Shown here: piece by piece, positions 24,602 through 37,300 of the stretch
Layout: the number at the start of each line of letters is the position of its first letter
Numbering within the stretch: position 1 is the stretch's first letter
DNA from: Trichoplax adhaerens
Taxonomy: Eukaryota > Animalia > Placozoa
NCBI RefSeq assembly: GCF_000150275.1
Contig: NW_002060945.1
Location: forward strand, 8,634,011-8,698,010
DNA length: 64,000 nt
Direction: 5' to 3'
Notes under the pieces: generated by a model
The model's database searches: none
Told to the model about the DNA's origin: nothing
The model's input: only the letters and a program-made list of their open reading frames with translations
Program-made: the position numbers and the translations under genes

Positions 24602-26575
24602 TTATATCATTAAATCATTATCTGTATTAACTATACCGTAACTGTCTAAGTCGAAATTTTCTGGTGGACTCGCGCCCGCTTGCAATAACAGATAGATCCA
24701 CCTAACCTTCTTATGCTCGATAGCAATTTTTAAGGGTGTATGACCAGATTGATCCACTTGATTGATATCGGCGTCATATTTAATAAGTAAGGATAAAAAG
24801 CACCCAATGATATCATCAAAACGATGCTGTAATTCTGCTTTTCTATACACTTGATGGATGTTGCCTTCTATTAGCCACATAATAATTGATTTTTGCTGAC
24901 TTGCCCTTTCATCATTGGGATTAGCACCAGCTTTGAGTAAAAGCAATAGACATTGATAAAGATTAGTTGAATTAGCTACCCGCTGAGCATTGAACGTCTT
25001 GCTCTTCACTTTGTCTTTTAATGATTTGACAAAATTACGATAACGGTTATAACGTGATTTTAAAAATGGCATATTTTTACATAGCATCATTGGATTATAT
25101 AAGTTGCGCTTAATTAAGAGGTATAAAGCAGTAAACGATCCGTGAACATCACTACTTCCACCAATGATATCAGGTAATGCGCCAAAATTAAGTAATAACT
25201 TCATGCAGCCAAGATGTGCGCTATCGGATGCTAAATGCAATGGTGTTGTTTGTAGAATATTATTAGAATCATGAATTTGATTAAAATAGCAATACATAAA
25301 ACCGTGCGATAATAGCGTAACGCGTTGCTTGGATAACTTGTTGATATCAGCACCTAACGATAATAATGTACGAATACTTTCTGTATCGCCGCCAACTGTT
25401 GCAGCATGTAATGGCGGATATTGGCTAAAATTAACATCGGCACCATAACGTACCAGCATACGTATACCATCGACAAAATTATACCGTGATGCATAAGATA
25501 ATGAATAGCGTTCTAGCGTTGTTTGATCATCAGGATGAGTAATCGGTATAGTAACATCAATATTAAATTCAAGCAGAACTAGTAAGCTCTCGAACTGATT
25601 GGCCCGCAATGTGACCATAAGAGCAGAATAATTGTGTCCATCATATTGGCATATACTCTCCGTTGCAGCACCAGAATGAAGTAATAGACGCGTTACATCT
25701 TGATAACCAAGTAAAATTGACCAGAACAACGGAGTGCAATTATAATCATCGAGCGTATTAACATCACTCATTTCTATTAATCTAGCAAGAGCTGTACCAT
25801 CTTGTTTAATTACTGCTGCATGCAATTCAGGTAATTGGAATGACTGAAATAGCATATTTAAAATATTCAAACCATTGATACGTTCATCATCGATAAAAAT
25901 AGCAAAATATAATATAGGCATAAAGGAATGATCTAACCAGTTATCATCATTATCATGTTGTGAGAGCGCTAATGTACTATTAGCAGCGAAATGATATAAA
26001 ATCATACGAGCAAAGTCGTTGTTGCCTCTTTTAATAGCCACAAAAATTGGATTTTTTAAGTAATCAAATTTATTTGTCATATTACATTCAATATTAGCAC
26101 CATACTGGATTAAATGCTCACCCCATACTTCTAGATTTTTACGCGCTGCTGTCATTAAACAACGATTAAATAATTCCTTATTTAAGCGCTGATTAACTAA
26201 CCAACGTTGAATAAAACGCTTATAAGATGGATAACGTAGTGAACCCATTAAACGTTTATTGCTTATTTCTTGGCTCTCTTTAGATTGATATGCTGATAAC
26301 GTTGTTGTACCGCAATCTTTATCGCCCAAAAAATGCCTAATATAATACTGAATATAATTTTCACCAACCTGCAATCTAGGATTACGTGTTAATTCTTGAT
26401 ATATTTTAAATTGCCATAACTTATCAGTTTGATTGGTAATAAAATTTCTAAAATATCGACATGTTAAGGACAAATTAATCAATTCGTAACCAGTTAAGTA
26501 ACTACATATCAAGGAAATTGTGTTTTGTGGCAGATTCGATAAATAGTCTTTCTGATTACGTATTAAACGCGGCAT
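24602..26575 (-). CDS. F-box plus ankyrin-repeat protein, intronless CDS (657 aa)
   Basis: N-terminal F-box (LSNLPQNTISLICSYLTGYELINLSLTCRYFRNFI..KLW) followed by many ankyrin repeats (TPLFWSILLG, PPLHAATVGG, TPLHLASDSA, GHTPLKIAIEH..LLLQAGA); one uninterrupted ORF. Confidence 0.9.
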   Translation of the reverse strand: MPRLIRNQKDYLSNLPQNTISLICSYLTGYELINLSLTCRYFRNFITNQTDKLWQFKIYQELTRNPRLQVGENYIQYYIRHFLGDKDCGTTTLSAYQSKESQEISNKRLMGSLRYPSYKRFIQRWLVNQRLNKELFNRCLMTAARKNLEVWGEHLIQYGANIECNMTNKFDYLKNPIFVAIKRGNNDFARMILYHFAANSTLALSQHDNDDNWLDHSFMPILYFAIFIDDERINGLNILNMLFQSFQLPELHAAVIKQDGTALARLIEMSDVNTLDDYNCTPLFWSILLGYQDVTRLLLHSGAATESICQYDGHNYSALMVTLRANQFESLLVLLEFNIDVTIPITHPDDQTTLERYSLSYASRYNFVDGIRMLVRYGADVNFSQYPPLHAATVGGDTESIRTLLSLGADINKLSKQRVTLLSHGFMYCYFNQIHDSNNILQTTPLHLASDSAHLGCMKLLLNFGALPDIIGGSSDVHGSFTALYLLIKRNLYNPMMLCKNMPFLKSRYNRYRNFVKSLKDKVKSKTFNAQRVANSTNLYQCLLLLLKAGANPNDERASQQKSIIMWLIEGNIHQVYRKAELQHRFDDIIGCFLSLLIKYDADINQVDQSGHTPLKIAIEHKKVRWIYLLLQAGASPPENFDLDSYGIVNTDNDLMI

Positions 26576-29500
26576 TTTTCATTTGACTTGAAAGAGTTAA
26601 GGATAGCCTTAATTAAATGATTTTAGGAAAAATTCGCCTCAATTGATGAATCAACTCTTAAAAATATCTAAAACCAGAACGATAACAAATACATCATCGA
26701 TAATTTTTCCGGCCATCACTGTATACACCATTAATTTTATTTCTGTAATTTCATGAAAAAAAGCAGTATTTTAAAGCATAGCCTTTGTAATGAATTGATA
26801 CCCTGGTTGCATAGCATAGTATTGATCCTGACTTCAAGACCAACAATAACCCTAACTATAGTAACAGGACTATAGGGGGCTTCTATTCAGCCAGAATAAA
26901 TCTTCACTTTATGCTATTGTCGCTATCAAACCACGATAAAGATCAATCAAATAATTATCATAACCTATACAATCTTATAATAACTTACATCAGGATCATA
27001 ACAGTATACGACAAAATAAAAAAGCAACAACCAAATATCAGCACTTCTGTCTTTCATAATAAAACCAGACATTAACTAGACAATCCATGGAAACATAGTC
27101 AATAATCTTTCATAAGTTAATACAATTAGGCTCGATTCCATGACAGTGCATCTAAACATAAAGTGCTTTCCGGCATAATTACATAACAGGGGGTATACGG
27201 CCTATAAAGTCATCGACAAAAATCCTGACTTACGATAATGTCTACGTAATAGAGAATACGCATTACGGTCAACATGTTTATTTAATTTTTCATCCTTTTC
27301 ACTTTAATTTTCTAAACATTCTAGCGCGTTTGGCAACTTATTATCGCATCCTTAGAGTGAAAAACTTTGCCGGTGATCTGATTTTGATAATAATGGACTT
27401 GTTGTATAGAAACTTAGCTCAGAATTGCTGTCTAGATATTATGTAAATTACTGTATAAGGTAACTTACCGCAGTAATTCGCTAGCACTATAAATTACAGC
27501 AGTAGATAGTTTATTGATTAATTTATATTTTTTGCCTTCAATTAAGTTCAAATGGTAATAGATTACAATTGCAGTAAGATATGGCTATCATGACAAATAC
27601 AGTGCTCACATTTTTCCTAATCAAACTTGATAAGTGTTGCTTATCGTTATATTTCAACAACTACAGTTGTGTATTGCATCGTGTTTAATTTTTGAAAAAA
27701 GTTGGTACAGAAATTTTCCTTATCTAACAATAGTAATAGAAGTAGTAAATATATTATACTGATCAAATGAGATAAATATATAATTATCTGTAGGTGTCCG
27801 ATAAAGAATTGTGATGATTACTACCGCTGTCAGTTGCATATCCTTATTTCAATCTAAGATGTGATTTTAATACTGCTAACAATCGTCTTTACTAACCGTC
27901 TTATTTATTATTTAATTACTAGCTCTTGGTCTTAATAACAAAGATTATTTAATTGGCTATAATCAGCGTGAGTAAATCCGTATGATGACGTACTGTATTT
28001 ATACTATATTTACTAATAGGATATTTATTGTTTAATAACTGAGCCCATAATAGTAGTACTAATAGGCTTATTTTTGAAGGATAATTTCGTATAAACGCTA
28101 GCCGGTTGTCTTGATTTCAAGAATTGTGTCGAAATAATATCAGTTGCCACCTATTCTCGAAATGGTTAGATGTAAAAGCTGTGACAACATTATTGATTTG
28201 CTCAGGTTGATTGAAAACTTTAAAACAAAGTCATTTAATGATTAGGACTTGTCAATTCTGCAAATATGGATTAAAATATAGTATCTATTAAAACTAACAC
28301 ACTACATAAAAGAGTGCATAACATATGCATTATCAGTTTTTATATATAAATGTTGATTCTATATTATCAACACAACTGTAAAGTATCTATTAAAGGTTAT
28401 AGATTGACGATAATTATCAACCTTTTATAATGGTATATTTTCAGTTAGTAGTATCTTCTTAAATACGAATTAAAGGTCTATTTGATTTCCTTTACGCCTG
28501 CTCTTTCTAAAACGTAATTTTCATAGAATCCAATGAGTTATTTATGGTTAGACAATGATTATACTGTATATATACTATACGCTTCTGCGAATCTCAGCAA
28601 TTATGATAGTTAAAAGGAAGAGATATCAATCGGCAGGCGCCCCCAAAACCTCGTATATTGATTTACGTCATCTTTAAATATGCAATATACGCATATTGGG
28701 TGTAAAAATTTGATTGCATCTGTAATCACAGTATACTATAATTTTAATAACACAATTTTCTTTGGATGACCTGGATACGAATCATTCTGTACGATTACCA
28801 GTTACGCTTAAAAGAGATACTTTTGATATAATTTAAACGAGAAATAAAAAGTTGTAAGAACTGCTCTGACTGTTAGTAAAACAGAATAAACTGTTTTCGT
28901 AGTCATGTATCAAAACTTATCTATCAGGCTGCCAAGTATTTATAGCCTTTTTGAAATATCTCTGAGACAGCATCTTAAATCTTAAAATGTATGAACTGGC
29001 ATTATAATATCTCTGAAAGTCGTCAGATTCATTCAGTATCATGCAATCATTGCACGGCCATAAATACCACAAGTTCTGCAATAGCATCCAATAAGTACTT
29101 GATTTTTTAAGTTACAAAAACTCGCAAAAAAATTATATTAGCACATGACAATTACTCAAGGATAAGAGGTCTGTGTTTATTATACAGCTTTGAAGACGAA
29201 TGTCTTTTCTATTCCAACTATGAAATTTTAAATATTTTACGTTATCATCATTACAGTACCAAGTATAACAAATAGTGCATATGTTAATTCAGAAACAGCA
29301 ATAATCTAATAGATTATTATTACGCGACAAACTATGCAGAATATGAAACATTTTTATATCACCAATGATTGGTATACTATCCATACAAGTATGTGTCAGA
29401 CGGCTTGATAGTATATCACGATATAACGAGAGAACATTTTATGAACATTTTTTGAAATTATTTTAAAAAAACAGTAAGTCATTAGATGCAAGTATTATCA

Positions 29501-29715
29501 TTTAACGTCCGAGATAGATCAAAGCACAAACATTGTACGTAATTATCCGAATCACAGACATATGTATTGTACTGTTTTACTGTACAATTGTAATTAATTC
29601 ATGGACTTCTTGGAAGTCGCTTATCATAGTTCCCAATAGAATTAACGATACAGTGCTTTGTTTACTAGTAAATTCTTTAATGGAAGCCGAACGAGAGAGA
29701 ATTTAATATAGTAAT

Positions 29716-32700
29716 TTAATGACTTTGACTGATAGGAGTAATTTTGAACTGCAAATGTAAAGGATTTCCCTACAATAACAACGAATAATAGACATCAAAC
29801 AGTTGTACTAGGACTATTTCTTACAGTTTAATTATCTTCTTCTACACAAAGATACCAATATACGAATATATTACCGTCCTACCGTGTTATTAGCATAAAT
29901 AACAGCCACATCTTCCAGCATAAATTCGTTATCAATCAATCGACCATTATGAAAAACGTCAATCTGTTATGATAGCAAAAAAATTGCATATCTATTCTAT
30001 TATATGCAATATGAAAAATGTCATCTATCTAGTAAGATATAAAAATTTATGTCTACCATATGCATATCAGGCATTAACGTTTTCATTTTAATAAATTTCT
30101 TTAAATGAACAACTCGCATATGGCTCGGACATCTTAAATAGCGGATTTTGCTAGCCTTAATGAATATCAAGAAAGAATAGCTTGAATACTCAAAGGTCTA
30201 TCTAAATATCACAGTATATGGATGATATTAAAAGTGCGAACAGAAAGAATAAGCTATAATTCAAAGTACATGCTGTACTTTCACCATAACATGGAACTCC
30301 ATAGATGATAAAAATGTTATTCTATGACAAAAAGCAAAGTAATGCAGTCTACTTAACATTAGCTTACCTTAGAACGTCCGTTACTAAATTGCCTATAATG
30401 AGCAGCAATGAAAAGCAGTCATAGGGTTAGAAATTTTAAGGATAAAGCAGTTATATTGTAGTTATATATTGTGTTACTGTACATCTAAGCTACATTACGA
30501 ATAATATAGTATAGTGCACATTGAATAGCATGTTCTTGCCAATTACTGTACATAAAAGATAGACACTGAAAATTTCGTGAAGAGTTATCTAGCATTAATT
30601 CTAATAAAGAATTTAAGCATAGAACTTCAGCTTGTAATTTATAAGAAAAGTTATATCTCATTGCTTAGATTGCTTTTAGCAATTTCCAAAACGAACTCTA
30701 CCACTATCCACTTATAAGATTGAATAAAATAATTCAGCGAAAAACTTACGAGCTTGAAATATTCTCTAATGTGATACAAGTACGTTGGCTATCTTCCGAT
30801 TGGCGTCTCTTATTTAAATTGTTGGATAGTAATTCTAGAAAATAAGTTACCTGGCATAAATGCTCGTCTTAATGGTACAGTACTCGAGTGTTTTTAATTA
30901 AAAAGTTGCATTTATCCATAGATACAAAGATATTTTAGCAGGAGATAGCAGTTTGACCATTAGAAATAAGTATTAGTTATAAATATATTCCCTACAGTTT
31001 TCCAAGTAAGATACGTTATACGTATACAGTATAGTTCAGGTACGATTAACTTATAATATTTAAAGAATTCTTTTAATACCGCTTTTTGGCATAGTTACTC
31101 CATGCTGATTGTAAAAATCTAATCTTCTCCGATTTTCTTCTATAAGTTTATGAATGACATAAAGATCTACATCTCAGCATTTAGATAATTATAATTAACA
31201 AATATAAAAATTCATAGTAAACATGACTCATAGAAACTTAATTTGTATTGCGGTATTATAAATCATACTCGGATAAATTTTACTCAGAAACCCACTAGAT
31301 AATGTACATTTATGCTACCCGTTCCCTACATTTCATACCTTTCAGTAAACCAGGAACGAGACCATAAACGATCTCTTGCAAGGTTGTATCGGATCTAATC
31401 GTAAGGCCATGTTTAAACGATAGATGTTATGAAACACTATCCATCAAATTAATTCTAGTTTTGCAATATATGACTATATACGTTTGGTATTTCTATCATA
31501 AATTAGCATTAAAGAATTAACTAAATTTCAATCCAGATTTCGGTTTTATTAACTATCGATATATGGTATTTCAAAAAAATATCCTTCATACCTTATGTTA
31601 AGATGAGGCCTCGTCTCATGCACTCTCAGATTACAAAGTGGACACAGCAAACTTTTATCGAAATGTTTGACGATGCAACTTCTACAAACTAAATTTATAT
31701 AAAAATAAGATTAAAATTAATTCAGATAGAATTCAAGTATTATTTGAATGAATTAATTAATGTGAGTCTTGTGAGGATTGCAAATGATAATGCTAGCCAT
31801 TAGTCATCCTAAACCATGTGTAACTGTCGCACGCGTAATCAAAGTTCTTGAAATATGCGCTGTCAGTATCAACTAGCTTTGATTGCAGTAATAAGAAGAG
31901 ATACAGGTAACTCCATTACCTCGGTCTTACTAGTGGTCATATAATTAATCAGAGTATTGTAATAATTGTGTTTATCAACTGTACGTCAATCTTTATAGGC
32001 TTCATTTTACACCATGCAGTCATAGCTTCGAGCCTATTTTGACCATTATTGTCCATCGCACCTCTTGCAAATAGAAAAACATTCGTTCTCCTACTGTCGG
32101 TATATAGAAAGATTCTTCATTAAGTGATAACATATCAGATAGCGTTGGACAGCTGATATTAATGTAGCTAAAGACTTCGACGTCATTGTACAGTTCTGTA
32201 CGGCTATAAAACATCAGCTCATCATTCATACGAATGCAATTAAATATCAACCAATTCAGGAGAATAAAATTTCTTTATCCATTGGTAAATACAGCATTAT
32301 TAGTTAGAAATAACACCATGTTTTTTTCCCCAAACCAAGCTGATGGTGAAATGATGACTATTATACTGTATACGTATACAATTCTGCACCTGTATTACAC
32401 ATGCCTACTGGCAGTATAAGAGCACTCTGATGCTGACGTTAGCATCATCCATATCAAACAGTCACGCCTCTGGTATACAGGTATAACCAAAAAGTCAATC
32501 GAATGGGCAGACTACTACTAGCCATATACTCTACATTAACAGTAAAAACTACAAACTGCGTTAATCCATCGATTTTCAGTGTATGGGATCTAGAATTTAA
32601 TTACAGTACATACTCATGGCAGCCATTCAAGTGCGATCAAGATTGAGCAAAACTACAACGGGACAACGCATACGCATATCAGTTCCAATACCATCAAAAT

Positions 32701-33096
32701 ATTTCTGCTTCCTACCGTTGCTTCTACTGTACAGTACTGTCGGAACAAGTCCAGTACCGTCATCGAACGATTCCAAAGCGTCACAGAACATCAATTATAA
32801 TTATTATATTAGTCATGTTGTACTGTATAGAAACATCTATGCTAGCATCAGTATACGACATGATTTTATGATAGAAGTTTGATTGCATTGCCACGATCTG
32901 TCATCGGAGTTTATCACAGACTCTTTTATAGTAGTAGTATCTATATGTGATACACAATATTAACTTTACGCCAGGATAACCTACAGGAGTGCAAGCATTC
33001 CGTAATGGTGGTAGCATCGATCAGGTAGCCTTGACATAAATAGCAAATGACATGAGGATTAATTTGCTGAACTTTAACTTGAGCTTCGGATTGCAT
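29716..33096 (-). CDS. PCGF2/BMI1: Polycomb group RING finger protein, BMI1/PCGF2-like (RING + RAWUL)
   Basis: Exon 1 32985-33096 (MQSEAQVKVQQINPHVICYLCQGYLIDATTITECLHS). Then about 31592-31688 (FCRSCIVKHF..CPLC..HETRPHLNIR), 31339-31395 (SDTTLQEIVYGLVPGLLK), 31080-31140 (EENRRRLDFY), small exons, 30057-30154 (RYLRCPSHMRVVHLKKFI), 29883-29963, 29716-29769 (GNPLHLQFKITPISQSH*). Confidence 0.9.
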
Positions 33097-33129
33097 ACTT
33101 GGTCCGTGTAAATCGTTAACGCAAATGCG

Positions 33130-33335
33130 CAAGTACTGGCTGAGCTAGTACCTACCCTGCGTATATATGCACTATACTGTATACTGTACGTGTATTCTGT
33201 ACTTTTCCTACAATACACTACAGTACAGCACAGTACTGTACCGTGTCGTAAACTGATTGAAGACCTTATACTGTACAGTACTGCAGTTACTATACTGTAA
33301 TGTACTATACAGAAAGAAAAAGTCTCATACTGTAC
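33130..33335. promoter_or_regulatory. ACAGT/ACTGT cluster upstream of the PCGF gene
   Basis: tactgtatactgtac, cagtacagcacagtactgtac and tactgtacagtactgcag immediately 5' of ATG 33096. Confidence 0.5.
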
Positions 33336-34356
33336 ATTATATCAGGCTTCATCAAACTTTTTAGTCTACGTTATGTCTCTATAGTATGAAGAGGTAAAAG
33401 TTTCTCCTTTTACCTCCATTCCATGTTTAGTTATAACATTAAACATTTAATTGTGAACAACGCTGGTAATAAGACCATATCAAGTGTCAATAAGATCACA
33501 TTAGCTGCATCGCTAGCGGCGGATAGAAGGATTGTTATCCTTAGTCAAGTTTGAATACATGATAATGTATGTACACGAGCTAAGAACTGCTCTTTGAGCC
33601 ATTCGTGGAGTGTATATCCAAGTGTAAGCTTTAAACGTATACTGTAGTATGGATATGGATTCTACGCATGCAACTGTTGGAATCACTAATTTACATGTAA
33701 AGTACAACTTACAAATATACTTTAGTAATTAATTGTATACTTGCGTATACGCCGTACGTGTACTTATTCATACATTTAAAGGTAAAAGATATCCAAAGCT
33801 TAAAACAAGTACTAGAATTAGAAAAGATATGACTCGAGAATTACATAACGGTCACTACCATATAGATGTGTTAGTAATCTACAGATGTCTTCTACTATAT
33901 CCGATCACTACAAATTTATTCAAACTTAAATTGATAAATAAATTGCAACTAAGTGACTTTTTATATCATATCTGCCTACACATGATATTTTGCATTGTTA
34001 ACCAATAGTGTTGCCGGTGATCCATTTGCAAATAGCTTAATAAACAATAATTTGAATGAAGTAATACCGTAACATTGCATTTATTGCCTTAAATGGACTA
34101 GTACAAATATGTTACGATTTTAACAGAAGTAATCTGCTACAGCTCAAACGATTAACAGAAAAAAGTTAATTATGATTCTTTATGTGCATTGCACTCTTGC
34201 ATAAAACTATATACGAGCAATAATTTGACCATAATAACCATCAGCGTATTTCTATATGAAATAATCAAAGCGCGGAGTTCTAGAGTAGCGTAAAGTGAAA
34301 AGGTCTACAGAATAAGCCGTAAATCTCAACTACAAATTAAAAATATAGTGACCGAC

Positions 34357-37300
34357 TTAAACATCATCCAAACCCTCGGGCATTATATACGAGATGTCAT
34401 CCCAAGGATGTCGATATAAGCCTTGTTTCAGACGTTTTTGATCAAGGAAATGACCTATTAGAAAAATTTCAATATACTAGTTAGATACAATATTATACAT
34501 GATAACATAATAAGATATCGACACGTAGCAAATACCAGGCCATAATACTAATTCAGGCAATTAAAAAAATCTTAATTTAGAGAAAAATTTGCTACAATAT
34601 TAACAACTGTAACAAGCGCTTAATCAATTGATACTATTTCAACTGTAGCGGTTAACATGTTCTATTACTACAGTACTATAGAGTCCTCACCAATGAATCC
34701 CATGGAACGCCCAAGAACAAAAATGCCGTTCAATGTACCACTTTCAATATACTCCGTAACTTCCTCACTATAGTCATTACAGATGATGGATATACGTATA
34801 AAAATGTACGTCAAATTTACATATTTACTTTGTTAGCTAGAATATAGGTCATAGCGAATTTGCAGTAGAGAACGCTACAGTATACGCTTAGACATATGAA
34901 AACAATACAGCTACATTGGCTGTTTTGTTAAGACTACGCATACTTACGTCGTAAATGCACCACAGTTTCTAAGTAGATCAACAAAACAAACACCAATGCA
35001 ACCATCGACATTCAATATCAGATTTGGCCTTTTCGAAGTAGTAATCTTTTCTACTTCAATAGCATAATCCAAAAGTGGAGTAGAGGGGAAATTGCTTTTT
35101 ACGTAGTGCTTTAGAATGACGACACGCTTATCGGGATTATTCAGCTAAGACAATAATCATCGAAAGTAATTAATGGATGTTTATCCTGATAATCAAACGA
35201 GCTAGAACTAGTAAAATTTTCTCAGTTTAGTACTACAATACCGATTTTACGCGATGCCCAATACCCATAATTAATTTATTCTGTTTCCTCATACTATTAA
35301 CAAATTCCATAGGTAATAATCCTAAATCGAAAGCTTCCGAAAATTGCCTAGCGGCTCCGTCTAAAGCACCGCCAAATCGATCACCCTACAATGCAAGCAA
35401 CACATATTCTAGCATATTCTTTTTACAAATATCTTAAGAATGACACTCTTACGATGGTTAGTAAGCCAGAGGTTAATGAAGAGATTAGATCTTTCCCGGC
35501 TCTGGCAGTAACAATGGTATTGTGAGCACCAGAAACAGCTAAGATAATAATAGGATATAACAGCAATATTAAGATTAAATTTTAATACAAGTCAAAGTAC
35601 AAACAGAACTAATTTCTACCTGGACCATGATCTGCAGTAAGTATAAGACACATTTCTATAAATCTTGTAGCATAGTGTGGTAGGCTATAAGGAAAAAACA
35701 ATTCAATTAGTACTAGCAATTTCGCAAATTCCATCTTACAAGGACAAATCACTAACCGTCTCTGAAACCAAAGTAGGCCTATAACTCCTCCAATTCCCAT
35801 CTCTTCCTAAAAGTTTAACAATACATACAGTCCACCGTCAATATGAGTGAATTACCGCGCCAACTATACAAACTACAAACCTTGAAAATTTCAGATATTG
35901 GCATGCCGGCGTAACGCAGTTCATCTCCTCTCTCGTCACAAATAGTTGTCATAAATGATGATGGCTTGCGAATTAAACCTAACTCCTACGAAGAGCCAAC
36001 ATTAGGATAACGTGAGTTTACAAGTTTTATAGTATCACATAGTCACAACGTATAATAATATTTTATCGAACCCTAGCCCAAGCGTAATCCATTGGAACCG
36101 TAGGTGGCTGTTGTTCAGGTTTTGGTACAATGGTACCTTTACTTACTAAGTCATTATAGACATCTCTATAATTGTATATAATATTTATTGCATTAGATAA
36201 TTTAATAGCTTGTTTTTATATCATGAAACTATAATTAAAGCGATTTACCGTATCAAAATTCCATAATCATCGAAACTATTAGGTACGTGAGCACCGGCTT
36301 CTCTCAAAGCCTAATAAAATCGCAAGATCGTGAAAATATAAGAAATTAATATGTTTATATTATGCACACGATGAAGGGGAGCAGGGTAAGTAAGTAGTTA
36401 TGAACACCTTATTCTTCGCCACTGAGGTCTCCCTGTCGGCATTAGCACACGCTCCAGCATGTCCGAATTGAACCTTCAAGATAACGCGTACTTCAGCCCA
36501 TTAAATAACTATTGACGATACTAATTCAAACGCACCTCAGATGTAAACATTGACGCGCATGTACCAATACACCAAGCCACAACTGGTTTCGTTATTCGTC
36601 CATTTTTAATCTCTTGGCAAATATGATATTCCTCTATACCACCAACCTATTATCAGTAAAAGCACAAAGCATGTACAAGTTTAATTAATCTAAGTTATAC
36701 CGGCAAACGTCGATACTCAGTAAGTAAATTTGATTAACCTCTCCAAGCATTACGATCAATTTAACGTCATCAGTATCATTATATCGCAGAATGTGATCAA
36801 TAAATGTAGTACCAGGGTAGCGATCTCCACCGATTGCTACTCCTTCATAAACGCCATCTGTTGTTCTACATATCATATTATTTAGTTCATTAGACATTCC
36901 CCCAGATCGTGAAACATACGCCACGCTAAAATTAAAAAATGTACATGTCACTTTCATACAAGATGTACAGAAATGCAAGATTATTACACATGTTGTACAA
37001 TGCGCAGTATGCGTGTAGTTACTGATTACAAAAATAAATTGATCATTATCAAGGATTACCTTCCGGGTCTATAGAGCTTTGAAGCTATGATATTATCCAA
37101 CATACCGCCAGTATTACCGATACGGAAACACCCTGGTTTTATTCCTCCAACCTAAGATAATAAGAAATTAATACTCTGACAACATGCCTTTCGCATGTAA
37201 CAGTTAGCCGCACGTCAGTACCGTAGCTGGACCAATAACGGTAACATCTTTTTCTTGAGCAGTTGCGATTAACTGCTTTGTTTTAGCTTCAGGAATTCCT

